Shown piece by piece: positions 46,033 through 55,283 of a stretch of DNA of 64,000 bases. Under the pieces are notes generated by a model. The model made no database searches, had not been told where the DNA came from, and saw only the letters and a list, made by a program, of their open reading frames with translations. Every line of letters begins with the position of its first letter. The first letter of the stretch is position 1. Both the position numbers and the translations under genes were made by a program. Location of the stretch: the IMG/VR virus record IMGVR_UViG_3300028888_000115, positions 1-64,000 of that record; one strand, given 5' to 3'. Source of the DNA: a virus. Taxonomy: Duplodnaviria; Caudoviricetes.

Positions 46033-46545
46033 ATGATCTGGACACCGACAGAAATCAAGAGCGGGCTTGATGACCGGTTTTGGGACAAGTACCACTCTGA
46101 GGATGTGCCGCCGATGGAAGAGCCAGCCGAAACAAAGGCCGGTGAACTGCTGAAAGCGGTCGGAATCATCGTCTTCCGGTATTTCAGCTACGGCGAAATG
46201 GTCGGCGGAGACTGGGACACTGAGTATGTCAATCCGGCAGCGAGATTTGTTGCCGAGACTTATCCGGGAACAGAGCTTGCCGGAGCAATCAAGGCCATGT
46301 GGAAGGTGCAGTGGCACGATACTTACAAGAGCAGCTTGGCGGTCCTGACGAAGATGGTCATGGATTACTTGGAAAGCCACGAGAATCTTTTCACGGAGGA
46401 AAACGAGTGGGATTGCCTTGAATTCACGGGCCCGGAGGATAAGCCGATTGACGATGAAGAGGAAGAAGACGAGGACGAATGGGGTGGCAAAAGCCAGCGA
46501 GAAATCGATCTGGCCGAGTATCCGCCGCTGGATTGGAGGAGGTAA
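46033..46545 (+). CDS. Highly acidic hypothetical protein
   Basis: GELLKAVGIIVFRYFSYGE; DDEEEEDEDE tail. Confidence 0.75.
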   Translation: MIWTPTEIKSGLDDRFWDKYHSEDVPPMEEPAETKAGELLKAVGIIVFRYFSYGEMVGGDWDTEYVNPAARFVAETYPGTELAGAIKAMWKVQWHDTYKSSLAVLTKMVMDYLESHENLFTEENEWDCLEFTGPEDKPIDDEEEEDEDEWGGKSQREIDLAEYPPLDWRR

Positions 46546-46549
46546 AGGT

Positions 46550-46873
46550 ATGATCAAAGCGGATGGAATCTGGGCATTTCACGGCACGATGATTTATTCA
46601 CCGCCGAACCCGAAGTTTCGGAAGGAGATCAAGGGTGACTTCGTTCACCGGCAGTTCGACGGCGAGGGGTACTGGTACGACGGATGGTCCAGTTATGATG
46701 ACCGGTTCTGCGAGGTTCACGAAGATCTGAGCGCGGCGGATCTGGTCGAGGAACTGGAAAAGCGGATTGCGAGCCTGAAGGGGCTTGTGGTTACTGGCGA
46801 GAATCTTCCGGAGATTCAGGCGATTATCGATAACACGGAGACGTGGATCGATGGAGTAAAGGCAAGAATTTGA
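46550..46873 (+). CDS. Hypothetical protein
   Basis: GGAGG RBS. Confidence 0.65.
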   Translation: MIKADGIWAFHGTMIYSPPNPKFRKEIKGDFVHRQFDGEGYWYDGWSSYDDRFCEVHEDLSAADLVEELEKRIASLKGLVVTGENLPEIQAIIDNTETWIDGVKARI

Positions 46874-46897
46874 AAGGGAAGGGGACTGATTTAAACT

Positions 46898-47707
46898 GTG
46901 ATTGGAGCAATTATCGGAGATATCGTTGGATCTCGTTTCGAGTTCCACAACACAAATACAAAGAAGTTCGAGTTCTTCACGGAGGAATGCCGGTTTACAG
47001 ATGACACCGTGATGACTCTGGCGGTGGCTGAAAGCCTGATGCGCAGCAGAAAGAACAACTACAAGGATCTCCCGAACGTGACCGCGCGGACAATGCACGA
47101 GATCGGCAGGCGCTATCCTCGTGCCGGGTACGGCGGACGATTCGCAAGATGGATGTTCTCGGAGATCTGGATTCCGTACAATTCCTGCGGAAACGGCAGC
47201 GCGATGCGCATTTCTGCCGTTGGAGATATTGCGGAGTCCGTCGAGGAAGCCAAGAAACTGTCTGCCGCTGTGACGGAGATCACGCACAATCATCCGGAAG
47301 GAATGAAGGGCGCGGAGGCTGCGGCGGTCGCAAAGGTGATGCTCAAGACCGGCAGCACGCTGAGTCAGGTCGAGAGCTATATCAACGACCACTACTACAA
47401 GCTTGACAAAACCGTCAATGAGCTTCGAGAGGAGACGCAGGGCCAGCATGGAAAAGAAATCTGCCAGGTTACCATGCCGCAGGCTTTCACTTGCCTGTTT
47501 GAAGGAACTGACTTTGAGGATGTCATTAGAAATTGCATCTCTATTGGGGGCGACAGCGATACGATTGCTGCTATTGCCGGTGGTATTGCTGAGGCGGTTT
47601 ACCCGGTCCCGGTAGAAATGCAGAAGACGGCCAAGAAGTTCCTGACGCGGGATCTGAGGGACATCGCTGCAAGATGGGAGAGGTTCACCGGTGGTAAAGA
47701 AGGCTAA
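46898..47707 (+). CDS. ADP-ribosylglycohydrolase (DraG/ARH family)
   Basis: GAIIGDIVGS, FTDDTVMT, NSCGNGSAMR, THNHPEG, GGDSDTIAAIAG. Confidence 0.93.
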   Translation: MIGAIIGDIVGSRFEFHNTNTKKFEFFTEECRFTDDTVMTLAVAESLMRSRKNNYKDLPNVTARTMHEIGRRYPRAGYGGRFARWMFSEIWIPYNSCGNGSAMRISAVGDIAESVEEAKKLSAAVTEITHNHPEGMKGAEAAAVAKVMLKTGSTLSQVESYINDHYYKLDKTVNELREETQGQHGKEICQVTMPQAFTCLFEGTDFEDVIRNCISIGGDSDTIAAIAGGIAEAVYPVPVEMQKTAKKFLTRDLRDIAARWERFTGGKEG

Positions 47708-47915
47708 GGTTATTGAGCAGTATCAGGTCAACTTATACTGCGACAAGTGCGGAAAGAGAATCGATAAGTATTCTCAATTCCTGACGACATATCCTCCACA
47801 GTACGTATACCAATGCGAGTGCGGGTGGAAAACTACCACTACCGATGTATACCCGCACACGGTTGTAGTGTTCGATGAGACAAATGCCGAGATCCTGCAG
47901 GATAAAGTCATTTAG
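47691..47915 (+). CDS. Small Zn-ribbon protein
   Basis: YCDKCG..TTYPPQYVYQCECG. Confidence 0.7.
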   Translation: MVKKAKVIEQYQVNLYCDKCGKRIDKYSQFLTTYPPQYVYQCECGWKTTTTDVYPHTVVVFDETNAEILQDKVI

Positions 47916-47922
47916 GTGTGCT

Positions 47923-48186
47923 ATGAAAATGGAGATCAGTAAAACAGTTACGAAGACCTACAAGATTTCTTTCATACAGTATTGGGGAAAGTACGGTGAG
48001 TTTGTAAAACAGCGTAAAGAAGTGTTCGGCGGAGACGGCAAGATGAAGAAGCTCTGCAAATGCTTCAACTGCGGACACAGGTTTGCTGACGACGAGGATA
48101 TCAACGCTGCGTTTATGATCAGGCACCAGAATGTGTTCGTCTGCAACAAGTGCGCAGACAAGCTGCGTGGAGAAAACGAAGAGTAA
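47923..48186 (+). CDS. Small Zn-finger protein
   Basis: KCFNCGHRF..FVCNKCA. Confidence 0.65.
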   Translation: MKMEISKTVTKTYKISFIQYWGKYGEFVKQRKEVFGGDGKMKKLCKCFNCGHRFADDEDINAAFMIRHQNVFVCNKCADKLRGENEE

Positions 48187-48189
48187 GAA

Positions 48190-48460
48190 AAACCGGAGGG
48201 TGCGCCCTTGACGACCTTTTGTCCTTTCATCGTCGGGGTGGAGAAATAATAAACGTAATAACTTAAAGCACCGCGAACCGCAGGCATGACGCGGACACGT
48301 AAAGACAGAAAGCGGGTCCTCCCAAAAATCCTTACAGAAGATGAACAGGGCGTGATAGGGGCCTGTGAGTAATCAGAAACGCCTTCTGCCTGCAAGCGCC
48401 GGTCAGTTTTGAACGGTCTGACCGGCAAACAGTTCTGGATGGTGCACAATCCAGAACTGT
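48190..48460 (+). ncRNA. Candidate structured RNA upstream of tRNA-Leu pair
   Basis: Helices 48206-14/48230-38, 48271-75/48290-94, 48398-406/48418-26 and perfect 12-bp IR 48429-60; no ORF. Confidence 0.45.
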
Positions 48461-48467
48461 CATATAT

Positions 48468-48552
48468 GTGCCTGTGGTGGAACTGGTATTCACATCCGAT
48501 TTAAGATCGGACGCCAAAAGGATTGAGAGTTCAAATCTCTCCGGGCACACCA
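48468..48552 (+). tRNA. tRNA-Leu(UAA)
   Basis: GTGCCTG/CGGGCAC stem, TCCGA-TTTAAGA-TCGGA, long V arm, CCA. Confidence 0.92.
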
Positions 48553-48555
48553 CGC

Positions 48556-48632
48556 GCTTCCGTGCTGCAACCGGTAGACAGGGGCGGCTCAAACCCGTCT
48601 GTTTCCGAGTTCGAATCTCGGCGGAAGCACCA
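48556..48632 (+). tRNA. tRNA-Leu(CAA) with short variable loop
   Basis: GCTTCCG/CGGAAGC, loop CTCAAAC, 5-nt V region, TTCGAAT, A73-CCA. Confidence 0.85.
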
Positions 48633-48656
48633 ATTAATCAGAAAAGGAGAGACAAG

Positions 48657-49301
48657 ATGGCGGTAGACATCCAGAAAGCGAAAGACGAATTCAGCATGAT
48701 CTATGATCACATCGAAAGAGATGGGGCTATGGCGCTGTATGACTGGCTGGAAAACGAGACGGACTTTTTCAGTGCTCCGGCCAGCAGCAAGTACCATCTT
48801 TGCGAACCGGGCGGATTGTGCCAGCACAGCATCAACGTGTACAACCGACTCAAGATGTTCCTTGACTGTGAGTACGGCAAAAACAATCCTTACAGCGAAG
48901 AGACAATCGCGATTGTTGCGCTGCTGCACGACCTGTGTAAGACCGACTTCTATGAGATGGATTGGAAAAACCAGAAAAACTACGACCAGGAGGTTGTCCG
49001 CAACGCACTTCCGAAAGAGAGAAAGAGCGATAACAGGGGAGAGTTCATCTGGGAGAGTGTTCCCACCTACACGATCCGCGAGCAATTCATCTATGGTCAC
49101 GGAGAGAAGAGCGTTTATTTGATCCGGAACTATATGAATCTGACGGACGAAGAGGCTCAGGCGATCCGGTTTCACATGGGCAGCTTTACCGAAGCCGACA
49201 AGAACAATGCTGGCAAGGTCTACGCCCAAAGCCCTCTGGCCTTCTACTTGAATATGGCGGATGGAGCCGCGACCTTCTTGGATGAGCCGAGGGGTGAGTG
49301 A
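48657..49301 (+). CDS. HD-domain hydrolase (YhaM-like)
   Basis: FFSAPASSKYH..GGLCQHSINVY, ALLHDLCK, GHGEKSV, AIRFHMG. Confidence 0.88.
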   Translation: MAVDIQKAKDEFSMIYDHIERDGAMALYDWLENETDFFSAPASSKYHLCEPGGLCQHSINVYNRLKMFLDCEYGKNNPYSEETIAIVALLHDLCKTDFYEMDWKNQKNYDQEVVRNALPKERKSDNRGEFIWESVPTYTIREQFIYGHGEKSVYLIRNYMNLTDEEAQAIRFHMGSFTEADKNNAGKVYAQSPLAFYLNMADGAATFLDEPRGE

Positions 49302-49615
49302 TGGAAATTCCGGAAGCAAAGTCGCTTAGATGGCTGGCGAATATGTTCCCGTATACAGAAGGAGCGGTGGATCAGGTCGACAAAATGAGCAACTGCATCC
49401 ATCTGTATGCGACGAACGGCGCGAACAAGATTGACGAACTGGCGAACAGAAAGCAGGGAACATGGATCTATAACACAGACGGATGGACTCCACACCTTCG
49501 GTGTTCGGAATGCGGATTCAACTTTCCGGTTGTTGCTGCCGAAGATGGAGATCCTACGCCGAGAAAGTTTTGCTCCAACTGCGGAGCTCCCATGATGGAA
49601 GGAGAACTGATATGA
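49298..49615 (+). CDS. Hypothetical protein with C-terminal Zn ribbon
   Basis: RCSECG..FCSNCGAPM. Confidence 0.7.
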   Translation: MMEIPEAKSLRWLANMFPYTEGAVDQVDKMSNCIHLYATNGANKIDELANRKQGTWIYNTDGWTPHLRCSECGFNFPVVAAEDGDPTPRKFCSNCGAPMMEGELI

Positions 49616-50022
49616 CCGCAAAAGAGATGGCGGAAATCCTCAATGGTCGGGAATACGGCATGGAGGTAGATTCGGACGACAAAGCTGCGGCGAAGGCCAG
49701 CGGACTTGTGATCGTCTACGGGTACTCGGATGACTGCGCGGAACTGGAAGGGGCAATCGATGACGAGGTGTCCTGCTACGATGGCGGCGGGTTCTCTGTC
49801 ACCAAAGACCGCGTTTGGAACGGTCCGGATTGCGGAAACGACAGGTGCGAGTTCTACCAAGCCGCAAAGAAGGAAGCCAAATTGATTACTGCGATTTGGT
49901 GTGATCCGGAATCTGGGGCGTCTTGGTCTTACAAGACGGACATCCCGCACGAGACCTTCAACATCTACGAAGACGGAGAACTGTTTTGTATCGGAATCGT
50001 ATTCAGCATAGACGACCTGTAA
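49612..50022 (+). CDS. Conserved acidic phage protein
   Basis: LNGREYG..GLVIVYGYSDDCAELEGAIDDE..WSYKTDIPHETF. Confidence 0.75.
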   Translation: MTAKEMAEILNGREYGMEVDSDDKAAAKASGLVIVYGYSDDCAELEGAIDDEVSCYDGGGFSVTKDRVWNGPDCGNDRCEFYQAAKKEAKLITAIWCDPESGASWSYKTDIPHETFNIYEDGELFCIGIVFSIDDL

Positions 50023-50235
50023 ACTGGCTGACGGAGCGGCAAAGGCAATATCTGGAAAGAGCCTGCCAAGCAGCCGGTCTGGCTCTTCCAAAGAATCCGG
50101 ATACGATGCTCTTGTGCGGCGGTTCAAGGGGCGGCGGAAAGCTTTTCTTCAAATGGGCTTATGAGGCCGGAATTGAGAATCCGATGCTGATAAACGTCCT
50201 GACGGAAGAGGGCATGGAATTGAGAAAAAAGATAC

Positions 50236-51264
50236 TTGGAGATTTGTGAGGTGATAGCTACGAAGAAAGGAAAAGAGGTCCCGGTGATCCGGGACATGAC
50301 GGAAGAGCAGACAAGGGAAATGTTCTATCGATGCGAGCCAATACTGATCGGATATGGCGGAAGCATCGCTTACGGGACCAATCTCCCGACCTCGGACGTG
50401 GATATTCGCGGGATCTACATGAATCCTCTGGATGAGTTTATCGGATGCCGTCCTGTATCGGAGCAGTACTGCCCATCGGGAACGGATATCACAATCTACA
50501 GCCTGAAGAAAATGATGCATCTGCTTTTGCAGTGCAATCCGAACGTGATTGAAATTCTCGGGCTGAGGCCGGAGCACTACCTGTACAAAACCGAAGAAGG
50601 CCAGATGTTGGTGGACAACGCGGAAATCTTTCTGTCCAAGCACGCGGCTTACACCTTCGGAAACTATGCCAAGTCGCAGTTGAACCGCCTGATGAACAAG
50701 TCCGGACGGGCAAACGATCAGGTGGTCTCGAACGAGGTCAGGTCAATTTCCAAAACGCTGAGCTCTATCCGCAAAAGGGAAGGCCTGCAAAACATCCGAA
50801 TCGACGAGGTGGACGGCGTGCCGGTTCTGACCATCAATGAGTCCATGCCGATTGACAAGTTTGCCAGCATAACCAACGAGATCAACAATGTCCACTTGGA
50901 CTACAAGTCCAGTTCCCGCAACCGCAAGGCCGTGGAGCACAGCAAACTGGCAAAGCACATGATGCATCTGCTGCGTCTGTACATGATGGGCATTGACATC
51001 TTGGAATCCCACAAGATCGTCACATATCGCGAGGCGGAGCACGACCTTCTCATGGACATCCGCAACGGGAAGTACCTGAAAGAAGACAAGACCACGCCGA
51101 CTGCTGAGTTCGACGAGCTTCTGGCGGATTACACGGCGCGGTTTGAAAAGGCGGTGGAGGAGACGACGCTTCCAAAGCGACCGGACACGGATAAGGCCAA
51201 TGAACTGATGATGCGGCTTGTCCGCATGCACTATGACGGACTGTCAGGAGGAACGACACGATGA
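50236..51264 (+). CDS. Pol-beta superfamily nucleotidyltransferase (RlaP/Nuc-transf-like)
   Basis: YGGSIAYGTNLPTSDVDIRGIY, CNPNVIEILG, KHMMHLLRLY. Confidence 0.85.
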   Translation: MEICEVIATKKGKEVPVIRDMTEEQTREMFYRCEPILIGYGGSIAYGTNLPTSDVDIRGIYMNPLDEFIGCRPVSEQYCPSGTDITIYSLKKMMHLLLQCNPNVIEILGLRPEHYLYKTEEGQMLVDNAEIFLSKHAAYTFGNYAKSQLNRLMNKSGRANDQVVSNEVRSISKTLSSIRKREGLQNIRIDEVDGVPVLTINESMPIDKFASITNEINNVHLDYKSSSRNRKAVEHSKLAKHMMHLLRLYMMGIDILESHKIVTYREAEHDLLMDIRNGKYLKEDKTTPTAEFDELLADYTARFEKAVEETTLPKRPDTDKANELMMRLVRMHYDGLSGGTTR

Positions 51265-51902
51265 CGGATATTGATAAGTTGAAAGAAGAATACAAGAATG
51301 TCAGAGCCGTGTTCGGAGCTTTCAAGTGCCGTTTGGACGCGGCAATTCAGAAAGCGGAGTGTATCGCCAACGCGGAAGAAATCGCCTACCAGAAAGGATA
51401 TGAAAGCGGCAAAGCTGAGGCAGAAATCCAATTGCTCAATGAAAACGGCGAATGGGCCAAAAAGCTGAAGCAGACAGCCTATCAGAAAGGCACCCGGGAC
51501 GGAAACGTCGAAGGCGCTCTGGCGGCGTGGGATATTGCCACGATCATCGTGACGCCGGAGGAAGACGGCGGCACCATTCCGACAAAGGACCTGAGAGAAC
51601 TGTTCGACGTCGAATGTGACTATGAGGTTTTCAAACGGTATACTCCGAGCGAGGCTCTGGCAAAGCTTCAGGAGTACGACAAACAGATCCGGGTCGGAGA
51701 TGAGGTCATTGCGGAAGGTGACGCAAAGTATATTGTCACGCAGATCAAGAACAATGACGGATGCAAAACATACTCCGGCATCAATTCCGATGGAGAGACG
51801 TTCTGCTATTTTGAGACGGACGGCGTAACCAAGACAGGAAAACACGTGGATCTCTCCAAAATGTTTTCTTCCATCCGGGAGGAATCAGAAAAGAATGAAT
51901 GA
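51261..51902 (+). CDS. Hypothetical protein
   Basis: IRVGDEV..GVTKTGKHVD motif. Confidence 0.7.
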   Translation: MTDIDKLKEEYKNVRAVFGAFKCRLDAAIQKAECIANAEEIAYQKGYESGKAEAEIQLLNENGEWAKKLKQTAYQKGTRDGNVEGALAAWDIATIIVTPEEDGGTIPTKDLRELFDVECDYEVFKRYTPSEALAKLQEYDKQIRVGDEVIAEGDAKYIVTQIKNNDGCKTYSGINSDGETFCYFETDGVTKTGKHVDLSKMFSSIREESEKNE

Positions 51903-52821
51903 GAATTACCGGAATCTGTTTCGCGCGATTTCGGCGAACGACCTTCCCAAAACAAGGGCCTATGCTCAGGTAATTCTCCGGACTAACAGCACGGCAAAAG
52001 ACGCCCAGTTCTGCGAAAATATTTTGCAGAAGATGGATGATCAGGATAAGGCTGGACCGGAGATCCCGTATAACCTGAAGGGGGTTATTCGGACCAGCAG
52101 TTCGCCGTTCGGATTTCATGCGGACAGGTATTACCTTTCGCCGCGCGAGAAAACGGTCATCGAACACATCAAGAAGATGTATCAGGTGTCCGGGAAGCTC
52201 GCTGAGCTTGGGATCAGATACACCAACGCGGTTCTCCTGCACGGAGAATCCGGAACCGGTAAGACTACCTTCGCGCAGTACGCTGCAATCTTGCTTGGGC
52301 TTCCGTTCTTCTATGTGAGCATCACACAACTGATCGACTCCTACATGGGCAAGACGGGTCAGAACTTGGAGAATGTCTTCGAGTTCGCCAACTCGCAGCC
52401 GTGTGTCCTCGTCCTGGACGAGATTGATCAGATCGGCTCCAAAAGACGGGATGACGGCGGTGTATCCGGAGAGATAAAGCGCGTGCTCATTACGATTTTG
52501 CAGAACATGGACAGACTCCCGAATCATGTTGTTCTGGTCGCCGCGACAAACCGCCCGGACTCATTGGATGATGCTCTTGTTCGCCGCTTTGCGGTCAAGC
52601 ACGAAATCACCCGCCTGAATTTGGAAGAAAGCGAGGCTTTTGTCAGTCGGTATATGTCAAGTCTCGGCTTGGGATGGGCAGGCTCCGTCAGAGCGTTCCT
52701 TTTGTCTTTGGGTGCAGACAAATGGAACTACACACCGGCTGAGCTTTCCCAGCATTTAAATGAAAAGATTGCCGAGGCGATCTACACGGGCGAGCAGGAC
52801 CCGACGATTTATCTGAATTGA
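51895..52821 (+). CDS. AAA+ ATPase
   Basis: HGESGTGKT, LVLDEIDQIG, VAATNRPDSLDDALVRRF. Confidence 0.9.
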   Translation: MNENYRNLFRAISANDLPKTRAYAQVILRTNSTAKDAQFCENILQKMDDQDKAGPEIPYNLKGVIRTSSSPFGFHADRYYLSPREKTVIEHIKKMYQVSGKLAELGIRYTNAVLLHGESGTGKTTFAQYAAILLGLPFFYVSITQLIDSYMGKTGQNLENVFEFANSQPCVLVLDEIDQIGSKRRDDGGVSGEIKRVLITILQNMDRLPNHVVLVAATNRPDSLDDALVRRFAVKHEITRLNLEESEAFVSRYMSSLGLGWAGSVRAFLLSLGADKWNYTPAELSQHLNEKIAEAIYTGEQDPTIYLN

Positions 52822-52834
52822 GGAGGACGGACAG

Positions 52835-53110
52835 ATGAGGCGAAAGATTGCCAAGCGTCTGAAGAGGGAAATCGTCAAAATGGGGGCCGTCATCCAAAAA
52901 GACGGTTGGGATGTTCCGAGGAAAAGCGTCCCGAGAAAAGAGAACGGCTACATCTTCAAAGTCATGTATCGGGGCTGGTCCATATTTGCAGCCGGTGAAG
53001 ATGAACTGGAATCCTTCAGAATGGTCCTGGACGTCATGAAAAACGACTGCGAAGAGATTTTTGTTCGCGAAAATAAAACCGATGGAGGAAAACAAGATGA
53101 CCAAAGTTGA
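52835..53110 (+). CDS. Hypothetical protein
   Basis: GGAGG RBS. Confidence 0.65.
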   Translation: MRRKIAKRLKREIVKMGAVIQKDGWDVPRKSVPRKENGYIFKVMYRGWSIFAAGEDELESFRMVLDVMKNDCEEIFVRENKTDGGKQDDQS

Positions 53111-53381
53111 GCAGCATGCTAAGGTCTGCAAGGAACTGAATGAGCTTTACAGCAGAAAGAATTCTGATTACGGAGATTCTTTCGGCAAGAGCTATGAGGA
53201 GTTTGGCCCGGTTATGGCGGCAATCCGGATGGGCGACAAGCTCAATCGATACAAGGCTCTGATCAAGGGGCGTCAGCAAGTCAATGACGAAAGCGTCAGG
53301 GACACCCTGATTGATCTTGCCAACTATGCTGTCATGACGGTTGTGGAGATGGATCTGCAAGCGAAGGGCGGCGAAACATGA
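53097..53381 (+). CDS. DUF1599 / nucleotide-modification-associated domain protein
   Basis: KNSDYGDSF..IRMGDKLNR..DESVRDTLIDLANYAVM. Confidence 0.85.
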   Translation: MTKVEQHAKVCKELNELYSRKNSDYGDSFGKSYEEFGPVMAAIRMGDKLNRYKALIKGRQQVNDESVRDTLIDLANYAVMTVVEMDLQAKGGET

Positions 53382-53806
53382 CCGAAACAGAGACCAGCCG
53401 AGATCCGGTCGTCGGACGCCTTGACAAAGCCACACTCGATACATTGAGAATGGTGTACAAAAAAGGCACCAAAGTGGTAGCAATCAAGGTCTTTGGGTTT
53501 CCTTCCGGGAAGATCGGATACGTGAAAGAGGTCCTTCCAAACGGAAACATCAAACTCCGGTGGGAGTCCGGCGAGGACACCGAGATCATATATGGGAAAG
53601 AAAGCATCCGGGAATTCACTGCCGGAAAGTGCATCTTGAAACGAGACAAGGAAGAGGCGGAAGGCGGCTGCGATGACTTCGTGTGCGAGCGCTGCGGATG
53701 GAACATCGATGTCGCCGAAGCACGTCTCCAAAGAATCCGAAACGATGAGATGCACAGAAACCCGGACGGCACAAAAAGCCTCAGAGTCCAGAGCGCGAGA
53801 GTGTGA
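53378..53806 (+). CDS. DUF4314-like protein
   Basis: LRMVYKKGTKV..GYVKEV..GNIKLRWESG. Confidence 0.6.
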   Translation: MTETETSRDPVVGRLDKATLDTLRMVYKKGTKVVAIKVFGFPSGKIGYVKEVLPNGNIKLRWESGEDTEIIYGKESIREFTAGKCILKRDKEEAEGGCDDFVCERCGWNIDVAEARLQRIRNDEMHRNPDGTKSLRVQSARV

Positions 53807-53814
53807 TTTTGGGG

Positions 53815-53843
53815 TTGACGTATGTCTAATTTTAGTGTATAAT
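53815..53843 (+). promoter_or_regulatory. sigmaA promoter with CTAATTTTAG palindrome in spacer
   Basis: TTGACG-17bp-TATAAT. Confidence 0.75.
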
Positions 53844-53969
53844 TCAAACATAACCGAAAAGCATTTGATGAAAGCCACACAGTTCACTCTTTGTTCATGA
53901 AAGTGACACCTTGCCGTGTTAAAATGACTATGATGGAGAAAGTGTAGATACACTCCGAGATAGTAATTG

Positions 53970-54004
53970 AACGCGGCTGAGAGAAGCCGCGTTTTCCTTT
54001 TTTT
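53970..54004 (+). terminator. Intrinsic terminator
   Basis: AACGCGGCT-GAGAGA-AGCCGCGTT followed by T run. Confidence 0.75.
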
Positions 54005-54016
54005 GAGGTGAGCGCG

Positions 54017-54715
54017 ATGATTGACAAAAGAGCGATCCGAAGGTATCATAAACGGGTAGATGCGAGACTTGCAGCGAGAGGCAAACGGTTCGACGGGAAC
54101 CGGTGGGAAGAAGACAAACACCCGAGAGCGAAGGACGGAAAGTTCGCCTCCGGGAACGGCGGACCATCAAGGCAGAGCGAAAGCAAGCCAGCGGCGAATG
54201 CGGCAGGCTCGGCAAAGCCAGTTGCAAAATCGAGGATCGAGCTTGACGGACCGTCCGGAAGCAAGGGCTTTGCTGACAAGTACATGGCGTCGCATCCCGA
54301 TGTCGCAAAGGAGGCCTCGAAATACAGGGGTGTCCTGAACAAGGTGAAAACCTTCAAGGCGGACGAGGACGGAACCTTCAGCGCAACAACCGGAGAAAGG
54401 CTTGACCTGACCGAAGGGTTCTGCGTTACCTTCCACCAAAACCTGAAGATCGGCGACGAGTACGGCGCTTATGATGACGACACGTATTCCAAGATGTGTG
54501 CCATTACGAAGCACGAACTCAAGTCCAGCGATGTCTACATCGGCTATTACGGGAATCCGGAAGTTTCGTTCAATTGCCCGGATGAGAAAACGGCGATGGA
54601 CTTTGCGATCAAGCATAACCAGAAGTCGATTTACAACTGCAAGACCGGAAAGACCATTCTGAATAAGCACTACAATCCGGAGACAAATCCGATAGAGGGC
54701 GATAACGATGGCTAA
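54017..54715 (+). CDS. Arg-tag protein 1 (WEEDKHPRAKDGKF motif, unknown payload)
   Basis: IRRYHKRVDARLAARGKRFD N-terminus. Confidence 0.75.
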   Translation: MIDKRAIRRYHKRVDARLAARGKRFDGNRWEEDKHPRAKDGKFASGNGGPSRQSESKPAANAAGSAKPVAKSRIELDGPSGSKGFADKYMASHPDVAKEASKYRGVLNKVKTFKADEDGTFSATTGERLDLTEGFCVTFHQNLKIGDEYGAYDDDTYSKMCAITKHELKSSDVYIGYYGNPEVSFNCPDEKTAMDFAIKHNQKSIYNCKTGKTILNKHYNPETNPIEGDNDG

Positions 54716-55007
54716 GATCGATATTGGAAAACTGAATGAATCCGTTTCATCCTTTGTGGAAAACCCGCATTGGAAGAAGTATCTGGAAGAAGCTCCGTCC
54801 GGCGAGTGCAAGGCGTACATCAAACTGAACTTCTATCTCAGCGACATCGAATCAGATGGCCCGGAGAAAGACGCGGTGATCGACAAGATGAACGCCTACG
54901 AGGATAAGCTTGGCCTTGCAGACTGGAAGCACCTGCTGAAATACGCAGGGAACAATCCCTTCGCCGGTAAGTGCAAGAAGCGGATTGCAGAGCTCTCAGA
55001 ACAATAA
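54708..55007 (+). CDS. Small protein coupled to Arg-tag protein 1 (possible immunity)
   Basis: 8-nt overlap; function inferred from context only. Confidence 0.65.
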   Translation: MAKIDIGKLNESVSSFVENPHWKKYLEEAPSGECKAYIKLNFYLSDIESDGPEKDAVIDKMNAYEDKLGLADWKHLLKYAGNNPFAGKCKKRIAELSEQ

Positions 55008-55056
55008 ACGATACGGGTTGGTAAACCCCGGCATAAAAACCGAAAGCTTCCAATAT

Positions 55057-55132
55057 TGCGGCGTGGTAGCAGTGGTAGCTCGCTGCCCTCATAAGGCAGA
55101 GGTCGTTGGTTCGAATCCAACCGCCGTAACCA
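55057..55132 (+). tRNA. tRNA-Met/Ile2(CAU)
   Basis: CTGCC-CTCATAA-GGCAG; lacks initiator GGG/CCC stem; CCA. Confidence 0.85.
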
Positions 55133-55134
55133 AA

Positions 55135-55275
55135 GGTCGGGTAGCTCCCGAATGATCTCAGTAGCTTGTCGGTGTGCCTGAGAGAGAATAACAAAGGCCT
55201 TTCTGAAAACTCCTTGCGCGTGAACGGTCGTGCGCAGGCTGGGGCGCGAGTGAGATAATCTAAGAAGGGAAACCG
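55135..55275 (+). ncRNA. Candidate RNA carrying module shared with 57022
   Basis: TCGGG/CCCGA hairpin, TCTCAG/CTGAGA helix, GAGAATA. Confidence 0.45.
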
Positions 55276-55283
55276 CACAATAC

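Noticed and set aside
4237-54823. Long minus-strand ORFs (e.g. 4990-6003, 20397-21302, 30060-31019, 37092-37970, 46598-47449)
   Set aside because: Antisense shadows of well-supported plus-strand genes with no motifs or RBS
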